From NCBI GenBank assembly GCA_964016885.1, contig OZ024743.1, forward strand, positions 18,104,001 to 18,168,000: a stretch of 64,000 bases of DNA. The letters are read 5' to 3'. The stretch is from Eledone cirrhosa (Eukaryota). Numbering within the stretch: position 1 is the stretch's first letter; every line of letters begins with the position of its first letter. Below, piece after piece: positions 51,628 through 64,000 of this stretch. A model generated the notes under the pieces. It had not been told where the DNA came from. It was given only the letters and a program-made list of their open reading frames with translations, and did no database searches. A program made the translations under genes and the position numbers.

Positions 51628-53719
51628 CTATCCGTTAGGGTATAATGTGGTGCTGTAATACAGCAAAGTGTTGTGCAATTTATGTTTGCAAGCCGAAATT
51701 GCCTCATATCTTTTGTTTAAGATGTGGTCTTTGGCGTAGAGTATTTCCAGAGCCTCAGCGGCGCAGAGGTCACATGCTCTTTTGTTTCCCTTATTCGATC
51801 TAGCCCTAGCTAGGATCTCCCAGTGTAACTTATATTGGGTGTGGTTGTCTTTTAGACTCCAGATATAATCTGAAAGTGACGTCATATTCCTTCTTAGAGG
51901 GTACGAAAAGAATAGGTAAGCATGTAAAGACGCTGCTTGAATTTATTGGCAGTTAACCCTATGTAGGCCCTACGGGACGTGGGTGTTTCAGCCTTACATT
52001 TGTAGACAATGTTACTAGAGAAGCATTTTCCGGAGAGGGGGCAATCAACCCGATTGCTACAATTACAGTATGTACTAACTACAGGGTTGCACGTGTTCCT
52101 ACGGCTAGGTAGTTTAGCTACATTTGAAGCTGTGATGTTATGTGCAAGGTTAAGAGTCGTAGTGTAAGACATTTTAATAGTATTTCTATTAAAAATGTTA
52201 CTATATTTATGTGTAGGGGGAAATGCTTCGTAATAAGGGATAGGAAGATCTTAGCTAATGGTGTGGCCACCTCCATATTATATGGTGGGTTATACCATAT
52301 AATGAGTCGGTATCTATTTCTTCTAGGTCTATTCTCGAACTCTGTATATGCTACCTTATCGACAAATCCACTCTGAGCAAGAACTTCATTTAATATGTCC
52401 AATGCTCGTTGAAAATATGCTCGTTAGTAGATAGACGAGAAAGCCTCAAATAAACGTTTCTTACCAGGTTCTTTGTTATGCTGCAGGATGGGTAGAAAGC
52501 TTACTTACGTAATTAAGCGAATCATTCGGCTTTCTATACAGGTAATGAAAGCCATTCGACAAATTGATGGTAACGTCTAGGTAATGAACGACAGAGAGGT
52601 TGGCCTCAACCTGTATGGAGAGGTTGAAGGCTTTAAAGAAGGCTGTGAGTTCTTTTCTGAACCTGACGCAAGCATGTGTGCCGCACTTAGTCATGGTCAA
52701 AAGACCATCATCACGGTACAAACCACCGCCCATCTTGGGGAATTCTACCTTGATACAGAAAAGAAGGAAAAGGCCGATAAGATCAGTAACCTCCTTAGAG
52801 TCGCTGGCGCTCATACTCACATCGAATGGGGTACTATTGGATTTTTTAAACCAAATAGAGTCGTCGAAATTAATCACCGACTTACGGGCATTGAGGATGA
52901 CATCAACTTCGAAATCCTTAACCACTGTGAGTATTTTAGCGAAATTGATAGCTCTAAGGAGAAGTGGTAAAGTGATGGAGGAGTAGTAATTATTGATGTC
53001 GAATTGGATAAAACGGCAATGTTCCTTGTTGCATAAGCAGTTGAACCAATCAATCACCACGAAAGAATTGTTCCACAGTGCAAGAGGGGCCAAACTTCTA
53101 ATTTCAGATATAATTCTATCCTTTTACTAAGTCTACCTAAATCGGACTTCGTAGGGTTAATAAGCCGAATAGAAGTGTTGTTCGGAAAATCAAATTTGTG
53201 ATCATTCAGGGTAAAGTTGGGAGACATAGGGTCCAGAGGTTCAGTTCGGTCCAGGATGTTGAGATCAGAGGTGATTTTAAACCCAGCATTGTTGATTTCA
53301 TTAATGACGCTCCGATTAGTTTTACGGTAATCCTTAGTTACAGCATTATTTAGCAGTCGATGGTAAGTACTGCGCTCCACTTGATATATATTGCCAGCGT
53401 TGTCGGAATGGACGTGCACGGCATTAGAATCCTTAATAAAACGAATTCTATTCTTCAGGTCCTACTGGAAGCAATTGCTCCTATTCCGAAATTTGATACT
53501 CCGTATAAGTTTCAAGACACCATTTTCGAAGGGTAGCAATGCTGGGTTACTCGGAGGGTTATTATAGGTTTTAAACCCAAATTATCCTGTTTGTTGTCTG
53601 CTTTTCTCTGATTACCTTTTAATGAACGCGTCTGTTTTCTGTATCCGGAGTTTTAGGTATGATTTCCTGTTTGGTACGGGTATGTTCTGTGTAGAAATAT
53701 TCAGATGTTGTTTCTGCAT
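51628..53719 (-). mobile_element. Penelope-like element of Naiad type (RT plus C-terminal GIY-YIG endonuclease), frameshifted
   Basis: N-terminus MQKQHLNISTQNIPVP...AFIKR; IRLINPTKSDLG, FIQFDINNYY, GGLYRDDGL, YLDVT, IIWYNPPY, CNC...CPL.GKC...IVY...YIG, CDLC...LNKRYE...CKH. Confidence 0.88.
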
Positions 53720-54199
53720 GATGAATATAAGTCAATAGAGTGCTCAACCCAGGGGGACAAATAGTAATAATAATAAATTTGAAGACTAACATCCAAAGAG
53801 GCATCGATAAGGATAAATATATATCAAATATATAAGAACCATAGAGCAAATAATTATTAAAATAACAGATTAAAGTTTAAACAAAGAATCGCTGCTTTCA
53901 CCCTTAACGGGATCTTATGAAACTAACAACGTCAATCTGTGAACGCGGGAGGTATGTGCGTGCATATATACTCTTATATACATTCAGGGAATTTCCAATA
54001 AATGAAATTATGCTAATTATACATGGTAATGACTGCATACACATATAGTTTTTATGTGCAAGTCGTGTTCGATTTGCTGGTGCTATCTAATTAGACCAAT
54101 TAAAAGCTATGATATTTTAAACAGGTACAGTGGAAGATAAGAAAATAATAGAAACTCTAGCATGAATTTTCACATCTATAGGATCAATACCCATTTATG

Positions 54200-56000
54200 C
54201 TTATTTGGGTAGTCAAACTGTTTGCTTAATTTCTCATATCTAAATGATATTGTTTTATTCCGTTAAATGTTCATGATAGTTATCTCTTTCCTACCCACCC
54301 ACCACTTTCATTTGAACCGAATTACACTCAATTATTGATACAGTTGTTTCCCTTATTTTACTATGGAATAGTGTGTTAATTGTCTGCTAGAATACTATAG
54401 CTGCTAGTTTTGACTGATATCTCTCTTGTCCAAGATAAGCGTTTGATGCTTTTTTTAAGATAATGAATTTTAATTTGAGCTTGTAGATATCCACATCGCT
54501 ATTTCTTCCTAGATATAGCATATATAACTTTCGGTATCACATATATAATCGTTCGTAATATTAATAAGTATTTAACGTTAAACTGCATTAGACTGTTACT
54601 GATGTGGCGTTAGAGCCTTCTGCTGTGGATTCATGTAAGTGTAGACATGTAGTAAAGAGGCAATCAATTTTAATTATTCTGCCGTTAATTATGGTTTAGT
54701 TATCGATGAGTGGATATAGCTAGAGTTTAGCCGCATCTATTTTATTTGACATAGCGTTGCTAAGAAATGGTAACAATTTACTTAAGCGGTTATGTAGTAA
54801 ACAGTATTAATTAAGTGGGTATCTGTTTTATTTGTCGTATAGATGCTAAGCAATAAATTATCAGTTTCGATAGATGGACACCAAGAACAAATAATAATTA
54901 TATTCCTGACATCATGACGTTAGTTAGGGACTAGTGGAAATATTTATATAATGACTGGTTAGAATAAAAACTGCATTATTTAAGTTGGCATTAGCGAGCG
55001 ACTAATGGTCTCAGGTATTTGCATCAACTGAATTTGGCATTCCCGATAATGGGAGATTTGGCTAGTTGTTAGGGAAAGTATCCTATTAATTATGCTGTTA
55101 ATAATTCTGAATATATTTATCGACTATTAGTTGTGATTTGATAATGCCCCCACCTCTGTAATCATTTTTTTTTCACGTAGAGATTGAGTAATGGTCATAT
55201 TTTACTTGGGCTGTTAATGAATACATATTGTGAGCAGATTGACAAGTTATGTATTTATTGTCATGCAGATGTTACGTAATTGTAATACTGTGTTAGTTTG
55301 ATGTGTCCAGAGTGGTCAGTATTATTACTGAAATATTAATCCAATTTTATTTGGGGACGACTGGAAGTAGTACGATATTATATTACTCTATTAATTACGA
55401 TGTTAGCATTCTCCATTTCGTTAAGGAATACTGGAAATATTAATGTGTTTTAGGCAAAATAATGATAATAAAACTATAATTTCATAATATAGTCTTCTTT
55501 ATAAGTGGCTATTTTGATTTAACCGTCATGTCGAGGGAATGTTTACATGTAAAATTTTTTTATGAATGCCAGAGTTTTAATATGGAATAAAATGTTCATA
55601 ATGTATACATGCACATCGCAGTATCAGTTTTACAGGTGTCGATAAATATATATTTCAGTATAACTGTTTAACAAGGATGTACGCTGAGGCGTAAACGTAT
55701 AGGCTGAATGAGAGATAGTCATAACCAGTTCGCGCCGATTGGCACTTTAGGTTGTAGGGTAATGTTTGAGTGATGTTTGAGAGGAGCTGTTACGTTTGCT
55801 CTGCAACCATTCATTGCAGGATTATTTTCTTATTTGTGGATATTGGGAAGTTCATATGTTTATACTAACTAAATTTTCTGAAGGTCAAGATTTCCTTTTT
55901 CTGTTGTTTAGCTAATTAGGTTGTTATTCCCGTCTATCTTGAGAAGGTTATGATTATTTTCTGCTGGCAGTTAAAATAGGTCACGATGAGTGTTTAATAT
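54200..56000 (-). mobile_element. Possible heavily decayed LINE remnant
   Basis: Only degenerate motifs: YRPISL-like near 54980 and RL.W-like near 54430. Boundaries are uncertain. Confidence 0.25.
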
Positions 56001-56249
56001 TCCCCTCGAACGACTCAACAAGATGTGGAAGAGTAGATATGCCAGTTTAATATGATGAGTAGAGGGTCAAGTCATAAATTCAGAAGTTAATGATAATGCA
56101 GAAAATTATTCATTCTTGATATGCTCCCAATCTTTGAAGAAGATCTTCACCTCAGCCCCTTTAAAACTTGCCACGCCCATCGTAACAATCTCCAATGTCC
56201 TGTCTATTTTGAAGTCTGGACCGAACCAGACGCAATCAGATTAATCCGT

Positions 56250-58206
56250 CTGTCGGTGTACTGCTCTATAACAGGGTCTGAAAGAAGATAAATAACAATT
56301 ATTGGTTCAGGCTCGTGTAATAGGGACCAGCGGGTGGATAAGCGATTTGGAATTGTAGAAAGCGGAGCGAAGGAGGCAAATGACCCTGTAGAAAATGATG
56401 ATGGTGTCGTTTGGAGAGGTGAAGAAGTAAACAAAAAACAGTGGTCTAAACTTTTATATGAGTAACATCTCCTGTAAGGATATGATGATTGAGTAAATTA
56501 AAGCTGTCGGTGAATACCATGATTTTGTTGACATACAGAATTTAATGGTTGGGGAAATTAATAATGATATTGGAAAACCTAAGAATCTAAGAGTTGTAGA
56601 CATAAAAGATAAAAGGAAACGACAGCTAAGGTGAAGATGGCTTCTCTATACATTGATTCGAAGTTTCTTCACCAAAGCAACAGTATCCTCAAAGCAACTG
56701 AAAAAATGGTAAAACATTTACTTAATATCGAAACGAGAAATAAGTAACGTTGGTGGAAGAAGCGGCTGGATGTTCAAATCAAGGAAATAAGGAAGGACAC
56801 CGGGAAACTTACGTTTTATTAAACAGGGCATTACAAAATAATAGTGGAAATCGTTAACAAGTTATATGTCTGAGGATATCTGCCCCCACCCCGACATGAA
56901 TGATTTTTTTTGCCGAAGAAGAGAAAGAATGCCGAAATAATTCGCGCGATATAAAATACAAGTTACTTGTTGACAAGATGTTAGTAAAAACTGTAGAAGA
57001 CATACAATCCTGGCTGGAATGGCTAGGTTAGTAGAAAGCAATCGACCTTTTGCCCCATTCTCGGATGAGGAAGGTTGCAGAAATCAATAGACAGCTATTA
57101 AATAAAATCATGAAGGACTTAGAGACTGAATTTCCATCGCTAAATTATCCTTGACTGAAGCAGAAATCAACAGATGAATCTGCCAAGGAAATAGTTTGTG
57201 ACCTTTAAAGTTTGCCCTTGCTCTCATAGCCTTGTCGTACGTATTGCGAACACTGAATAGAAGATACAAACTACGACTTGGAGAGCTTACAATCCACATC
57301 ACCCCTCTCTATGTTCCGACGGAAAACACTTCGAAAATAATGAGGAATTGGATGTACATTTTACCACTGTTAATAATTTCAGCTATAATTTATATATGGA
57401 TTTTGGTGTTTATAACTGTGGGACTTAGTGATGAGAAGTTGTAAATTGTAGAGAAGCAAATGAATGGCGATACCAACAGAGTTAGGTAATAAAAGAGATC
57501 GACACTGTAGATGGATGTATGTATTTATGTGTTTTGAGAGAAGATAACATCAGAAACAATACCATTAGGGCGATTATAAGATCTGTATATATAAGGAGAC
57601 TAACGATAATACAAATACCTGATCTAAATATTATAAATTATACTAATGCAACAACTTCCCGAGCAGTGTCTATTAATATGTACAGTGAGGGGATTTTTAA
57701 ATTGAATGTAACTTAGCAAAGTAGAAACGAATAGAAATATAAGGACATTAATGAATTCGTAGAGTATAGTTCATAAGAAAGGTTAGATAGATTGAATATA
57801 CATCATAGACCTGGGAGAGGATTTACTAGCATGGAAGACATTGTTTCTCATGGGGAAGAGCTGTTTACAAAAATAAGTGTTTGAGAGTACCGAGGCAATG
57901 TTTATGGCTGTAATGAAGGAGGAGATAATAGACCAGATATCCAAGAAATACGTAACGTCAAAGAAGAAAACAATCTGAACGAAAAAAACCATTCATAGCG
58001 TCTCCTGTAATAATAGAAATCAGGAACCTGCAGCATTGGACTGGTTAAAGAAAGAGAACACCTTAGAAATACTACAGAGGAAATTCTACTGGCGGCAGAG
58101 GAGCGTGCCAATAAACCGAAGTAGAGGAACAATCATACTGACAAGCAGGAGAATAACTCGTTCTGTAGGATCTGTGAAGAAAGAGAGAGAGAGAAAGATA
58201 GTGAGA

Positions 58207-58278
<72 letters not shown>

Positions 58279-58928
58279 GAGAAAGAGAGAGAGTGAGAGA
58301 GAGAGAGGAAACTGTGGCTCACATTGTAACCGAGTGTAAACACATAGCCCCGACTCATTATGAAGGATAGACGCATCATAACATAAACATGGTTATCCGG
58401 GGTTATTTATGGAAACTGGATAATTTACCACACTATGAAAAGTGATAAGAACATTAATCAGAATAGTTAATAGAAAACGATCGAATGAATAGGCTGCTGA
58501 ATTTCAGGATACAAGCAGAAAACGAATTGGAACACGATAGACATAAGTTGGTCGTTTGATAAGTAACACAGATCTTGCACGATTATGAATGTAGATGGTC
58601 CCTTGGACACAAAAGTGCAAGAAAAAGAAGAGAAAATTATGGATCACCAGGATCTAAAGTGGAGACGGAAAATGATTTATGACGGTCATATGACAAGATC
58701 ATCCCCAACGTCACAGGAGAGCAAATTACCATCTTGAAGCGTTTCTAAGTATGGCTGAAGAAAACTAGCCAAACCCTATATTTTTGAACACTTAAAAATA
58801 CATGCCTATTCCTAACCGAAAGGATACTCCGATTCGTCCTGAATAACTTAGGCTGGATGTACGGTTTGATGTTCATTTGTGCTAATGTTCGAATTATATT
58901 CCGGGATATTCCTGATATATCATATTCT
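56250..58928 (+). mobile_element. Old decayed R4/Dong-like element E, related to family D
   Basis: Degenerate LLVDKM...NCRR (~56965), ICQGNSL.PL (~57180), GRG..SMED (~57810) and EETVAHIVTECKHIAPTHY (~58306). Followed by (AAT)n. The 5' boundary is approximate. Confidence 0.72.
58182..58307. repeat. (GA)n microsatellite inside the zinc-knuckle coding sequence of element E
   Basis: Flanked by aggatctgtg and gaaactgtggctcacattg. Confidence 0.95.
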
Positions 58929-58947
58929 TAATAATAATAAAAATAAC

Positions 58948-58990
<43 letters not shown>
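58929..58990. repeat. (AAT)n tail/target
   Basis: Seen directly. Confidence 0.95.
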
Positions 58991-58993
<3 letters not shown>

Positions 58994-59673
58994 CAACCAG
59001 AGACCATTGACCATATAATTTTAATAGCTCCAACCGAATACCTAAACAGGCATGACAGAGCTGCACAATACATACATTGGATAATGTGTAAGCATTTTGA
59101 GCTGCCCCATCAAAAGAATTGGTGGGAGCATCAACCACCTCCATACTTGAAAAAGATGACATCTCAATCTTGTGGAACTTTAGCATCCATACAGAGCGAA
59201 AAATAGATGCAAATAGACCTGATATAATATTGAAGGACATTAAAAAGAGGGTATGCCTGCTAATTGATATGTCTGTTCCAATAGACAAGAATGTATCTAT
59301 AAAAACATTTGAAAAATTGAGCAAGTATAAGGACCTGGAGATAGAAATTGGAAAAATGTGGAAATTGAGAACTAAAACAATACCAGTGGTTGTAGGCGCT
59401 CTGGGAATGATACCTAAAGGGTATAATGATTACTTATCGCAAATCCCAGGAAACCCGCGTATAGGAGAAATTCAAAAGATAGTACTAATGGGAACTGCCC
59501 ATATACTAAGGAAGATTCTGTCAATATAAGTACATCACAAGTCTAAACACTAAATATGCATGTGTGAGTATGTATGTTCTTTCTTGAACATGGCGGACCT
59601 TGTTGTCTCTTGAGGTCAGTGGTTGTGACTTGGTGATAACTCGTATGAACATAAAGCAACATAAATGCAACTG
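58991..59673 (+). mobile_element. R4/Dong-like element F, short 5'-truncated copy of family B/C
   Basis: ORF 59119..59529 is nearly identical to the C-terminus of element C, with the same 3'UTR ending ATAAATGCAACTG(TAA)n. Confidence 0.92.
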
Positions 59674-59692
59674 TAATAATAATAATAAGAAC

Positions 59693-62600
59693 ATTTCTTT
59701 ATTGACCACAAGGGTTTACATAAAGTAGACATTAAGGACATTAAAGGACAATACAGGGCGGTACAAATGGGCATTTCTGCATGTAAAAAAACAAGAAACA
59801 GAGGATGTAAGAATAGAACAATGAAAAAATTCCCCAATAGGCGGGAGACTTCCGAGGGACATTGTTGGAGAAAGCCCATTAAAAAACCAAACTGACGCTG
59901 ACCACCAGGGCAAGTGCCCTTTCCCAGTGTTCCACCTTTAATTTACAGACACATACTCAGAGTAGGCCCATTCACTCGGGCCATTCTTGCCTCTCCCACC
60001 CATCTTTCAACAAAATGGTGGAAAGAGAGCACTTCCCTTTCTACCCTGATTTTCCTTTTCAAATGAAATTTGAAAAAAGTTAATCAGGGCATCACCGAAG
60101 TGGTAAGTGCTCGTCTTCAGCCCTTTCAAACGTGTCCACCATACTATCTCTTTCGCCATGGCCACCAGAGAGATGAAAACTGCCTGCCCTTCCCAGCTAA
60201 AGGAAGAGGGCGGGGCAATACTCAAGATGGACTCAGCTGATAGCTGGATCCGTCCCACACGCGACAGCAGGTGTTCGACATAAACCCACAAGTCAGCAAT
60301 GCTCGGACACTGGACGAGTGAGTGCAGGACGGTTTCGTCGCCCAGCGCGCATCTCGGACATGCCCGGCTGACGGCACCTCCATGCCTGTAGAGTTCTTCC
60401 GAAGAGATTGGCTAGTTGATTTTCGTCGACGCCTAGAGTTTCCCCAAGTACGTCGTCGCTCTTCCCCTCCACTGATACTCTACAGTTCGCCAAGGTGGAG
60501 TTTCCACCGATCACATTGCCCGATTGGTCGAGGGCTGTGAGCGCCTGAAGACGTACCAACATCCAAGCGCTCCCTCTCGGTCTTCGCTTGACACAGGACT
60601 GCAGCTCCGCCAAGGAGACGAGCAGGGGAAAGACGTGTCTAGCAAACGGAGACCACACCTGATCACCGTCGAGGAACAGGTGGAGATATCGTAACATGAG
60701 CGCGTGTCTGCGCATCATCAGCCACGGCATTCCCAGCCCTCCACGTAGCGGGTGTTGACAGCAGATAGACCGCCTGACCATCGGAGCGCGTCCCTTCCAC
60801 AAAAAGCGAAAGAGCAAACTTTCCAGCGCAGTCAGGCGGGGCTTAGGACAAGGTACGATGGTCAGGCGGTAGTAGATGACGAACGTGATATACGCGTTAG
60901 GCACCTCCGCTCGAACTTTCAGGGATAGCTTCCTCTCGACCCATTTCTGGGTAAGAGAAGCCACCCTGCTCGTCACCTCGTGCCAGTTTTTGTCCGTCTG
61001 GAGATCCGAACCGAACCAGACCCCAAACAATATAACTGATCCGTCCGTCCAGCGCCCGACGACGCTGTTGGACGGCATGGATCTGCCACTCCATGTGCCG
61101 AGCTGCAGGCCAACTTACTTTTCCTGGTTGATCATGGCTCTAGTCACCGATTCGTATTCACTTAGTGTAGTGCCGATTACCTCGATGTGTTTGGCGTTCG
61201 GCACCAATACGGTGACATCGTGCGCATATGCTGACACGGATCTTCCGCATCCTAGTTCGCGCGGGAACCCCCCCCCCCCTCAACGTCTCCAGTTTGTGCA
61301 GTAATGGCTCGAGAGTCAATACGTACAAGAGGGACGAGAGGGGAAATCCTTGGCGGACCGAGCGCATGAACGGTTCCGAAAGGTGGCCGTTCACTCTCAC
61401 CACAGAGCAGATGTCGCTGTGCATGGCAGCGATCCAGCCTCTGAAGACGGGCCCAAAGCCAGCCGCCCTCCGGACTGCCGCTTGGTAACGATGGTCGACC
61501 CTATCCAAAGCTTTCCACTGATCTAAATTGATCAAGGACCCACCCGTGCCAGGTTCCCTAGCTACGCTCTCTACGATGTATCGCATGAGGTGGAGGTTGT
61601 CGTGGATGGATCTGTCGGGAACGGCGCATGTCTGCGCCTCTCCCACCAGACCACCAACGACAAGCGCCAACCTCTTTACTAGCACCTTGGCCAAAATCTT
61701 GAATTCTGTGTTTAGCAGAGCTATGAGCCTAAAATTATCTATGTTATCCCCCTTGTTCGGATCCTTTCTCAAAAGCGCCACAGCTCCTCGCATCACAGAG
61801 CGGGGAATTCTCCCGTTGTGTTGCCAGTTGCAGTAGACGTCCGCCAAGAGGCCTCCGAACAAGTCTGGCATCTGTACGTAAAGTTCATAGGGCAGACCAT
61901 CTAAACCAGGCGATTTACCCCTTGTGCAGCTAGTCATTGCCTCCCGTACTTCAGCCGCTGTTATCGGCTTTTCGCTACACTCCGCCTCAGTGGCCGAGAG
62001 CCGCTGCATTCCGTCGAGGTAGACACTAAAGTACATCCCTCGATCCGTCCCGCCGCTGCCCCCGAACAACTGAGCGAAGTGTCGCTGAAAAGCTTCACAC
62101 ATTTTCCCGGGAACGAGTAGCATACGCCCGTCGTGGTCCACCAAACACCGGATCGTGGCTTTGTTGCCATGATGCGCCTCCACCACTTGTTGACGATGGC
62201 ACCCGTCAACGCCCGCTTAACTAGTTTGCTAAACCGGTCTCTGTAGGTCTTGCGCGCTGGTAAGGACGCGTTTAGCTTCCAGTAGCCGGGTCCTCGTCTA
62301 TGAAGCCTATCTAAGTCAAGCACACAGATCATGCATGTGTGGTCCGTGTAGCTGACTAATTTTAATTGTTGACAGCCTATGCTAGACCTATCTATTTTTC
62401 TACAAATTACTCTATCTAGATATGATCTGGATGACCCTATGCGATTTGTCCAAGTCCACATTGGCACATTCGGGAAATCCAATCGTTACCTGGCAGACAG
62501 TTCAAAACGCCTGAGCATATTGGTGAGGCTCTTGCACCCTCCTCCCCTATCCGCTAATCTAAAACAGTCCCAGTGTGCATCTAAGATCCCGTTCCAGTCG

Positions 62601-64000
62601 CCCACTAACACTAAAGTGCGGCACGTTCCAAGAAACGTCTCCAGACGCCGGAAGAAATCAGGCCGTCCTGCTCCTGTCGGAACATTGACGGCCACTAGCA
62701 TGAAAGCTTGCCCGTCTCCGCTGGTCATGTCTAGCACCACCAACTTACCTTCTTGGTCCAGGAAGACGGCCCGTATGGCGAGATCCAAACCTCTCCGAAA
62801 AAGCACAGCAACTCCTGCCCTGATCCAGGACGGCTGGGAGATGCTTACACATCGTAGCCACCGAAGATCGGTGCGAAGGCCCGTGCTTCGGAGATTCTGG
62901 TCTCGCTGGTGGCCACTACATCTATGTTTAGGGACCTGAGGTCATAGAGCAGGTGGCCCTGCTTCCATGACGACACAAGCCACGCGCATTCTTGCTGCCT
63001 ATTCTGAGTGAGGTGATGTTGAAATGGAGTGGAAAAGATGGGAAAGACCACTTACCTTACTTCACGTTGAGGAAGGATGGTTTCTCCATCCTTTTCACCG
63101 CTTGTGGCATCCTCCGGAGGATGTCCTTATAAATCCTCTTGGAGAGTGCTTGTCGGAAGTCTCCGATGTCTTTCAGGAATTTTGGTTTTAGTGTCTTATA
63201 CGTTTTCTGTGTGATGCGAGTGATTTGTATGTGTGGAAGTGGTGTGAACTTTTGGGTTGTTGTGGAGTCTTTTTCTGTGATGCTGGTTTTGTGTTGGATG
63301 TAGTGTAATAATTGGTTCTTGTTTAAATTTAATGCTGTGTAGTGTGTATCGTTTTCGTTGTTTTGTTTTGTTTGCGTTTGTTGTGGGTTTGTTTCTGTTT
63401 CGCTTTTTGGTGACTTTTGTGGTGTTGGTGATGGTGGTGTTGGGGTTAATGATGGTGATGGTGTTGGTGTTTGTGGTGATGGGGTTGGTGATGCTGGTGT
63501 GGATGGTGGCATATCTTTCCTAACTCTTTTGTTTAAATTGTTTATTTGTTTCCCTCTGTCTTTTATTTTTGGAAGGGGGAGGAAGAAACATTTTTCTTTT
63601 CTGGCTTCTTTTTCTTTTTTTCTTTTTTCCTGATACCGTTTCCCACACTTCGTCGTCACAATCTGTCTCCAGTTGCGATAGGTCGGGGAGTGGAATATCC
63701 TCCACAGGCGTTGGTTTTGGTTGTGGCCTGGTGGATGGTGTAGGCGCTGGTGCTAGTTTTGGCACGCCGGGTGGTGGTGGTGTTGGTTTTGCTGCTGTTG
63801 CTGGGGTGGTGCTGTTACAGTTGCTTCTGTTGTTGCTGCTACATTTGTTGCTGCCATTTCTGCTGTTGGTGGTGTTGATGGTTGAGTCACTGGGGTGGGT
63901 AAGAGAGATGGCATCAACCTTTTAGCCTGAGGGCAGAAAGCCCTTAGGTGGGTTCCTTCACCACAAATGACACACCCAGGCCTTCTGCCCTCGACGAGTA
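59693..64000 (-). mobile_element. Tx1-clade LINE copy 4 (subfamily a), tail-to-tail with Dong F, 5' part beyond the window edge
   Basis: ORF2 remnants at ~59943-63017 and ORF1 3' part at 63052-64000 are homologous to copy 1. 3' end CCTTGTGGTCAATAAAGAAA, then (TTA)n. Confidence 0.93.

Noticed and set aside
51628-52172. Selenocysteine recoding in the Naiad GIY-YIG region
   Set aside because: Conserved Cys positions translate as Cys, with no in-frame TGA at those sites.
53885-53925. Hammerhead-like motif upstream of the Penelope-like ORF (minus strand CATAAGA-TCCCGTTAAGGGT-GAAAGC)
   Set aside because: The core differs from CTGANGA at two essential positions, and there is no convincing stem I/III and no second copy.

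Overview
Eukaryotic, AT-rich, microsatellite-dense genomic DNA made up almost entirely of transposable elements and non-coding sequence. I could not support any host protein-coding gene. The SINE family resembles, from memory, a common octopod/cephalopod SINE; this is unverified. Two retrotransposon clusters are built on (TTA/TAA)n microsatellites, at 1-23.5 kb and 56-64 kb. They contain R4/Dong-like RT-RLE elements, always with (TAA)n on their sense strand and 5'-truncated wherever the 5' end is visible. They also contain Tx1-clade APE-RT elements, always with (ATT)n on their sense strand; three have complete 5' ends. Three tRNA-derived SINEs share a 3'-terminal motif (CCTTGTG-N8-AGAAA + ATT tail) with the Tx1 elements. 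All four Tx1 copies carry a conserved intron-like and hairpin-forming cassette at the ORF1/ORF2 junction, and in one subfamily splicing it would fuse ORF1 and ORF2 in frame. The middle of the window holds a perfect 134-bp inverted repeat, a Rep-deleted Helitron, an RTE LINE with duplicated 5' monomers, a Naiad-type Penelope-like element and older LINE debris. All coding regions are disrupted.
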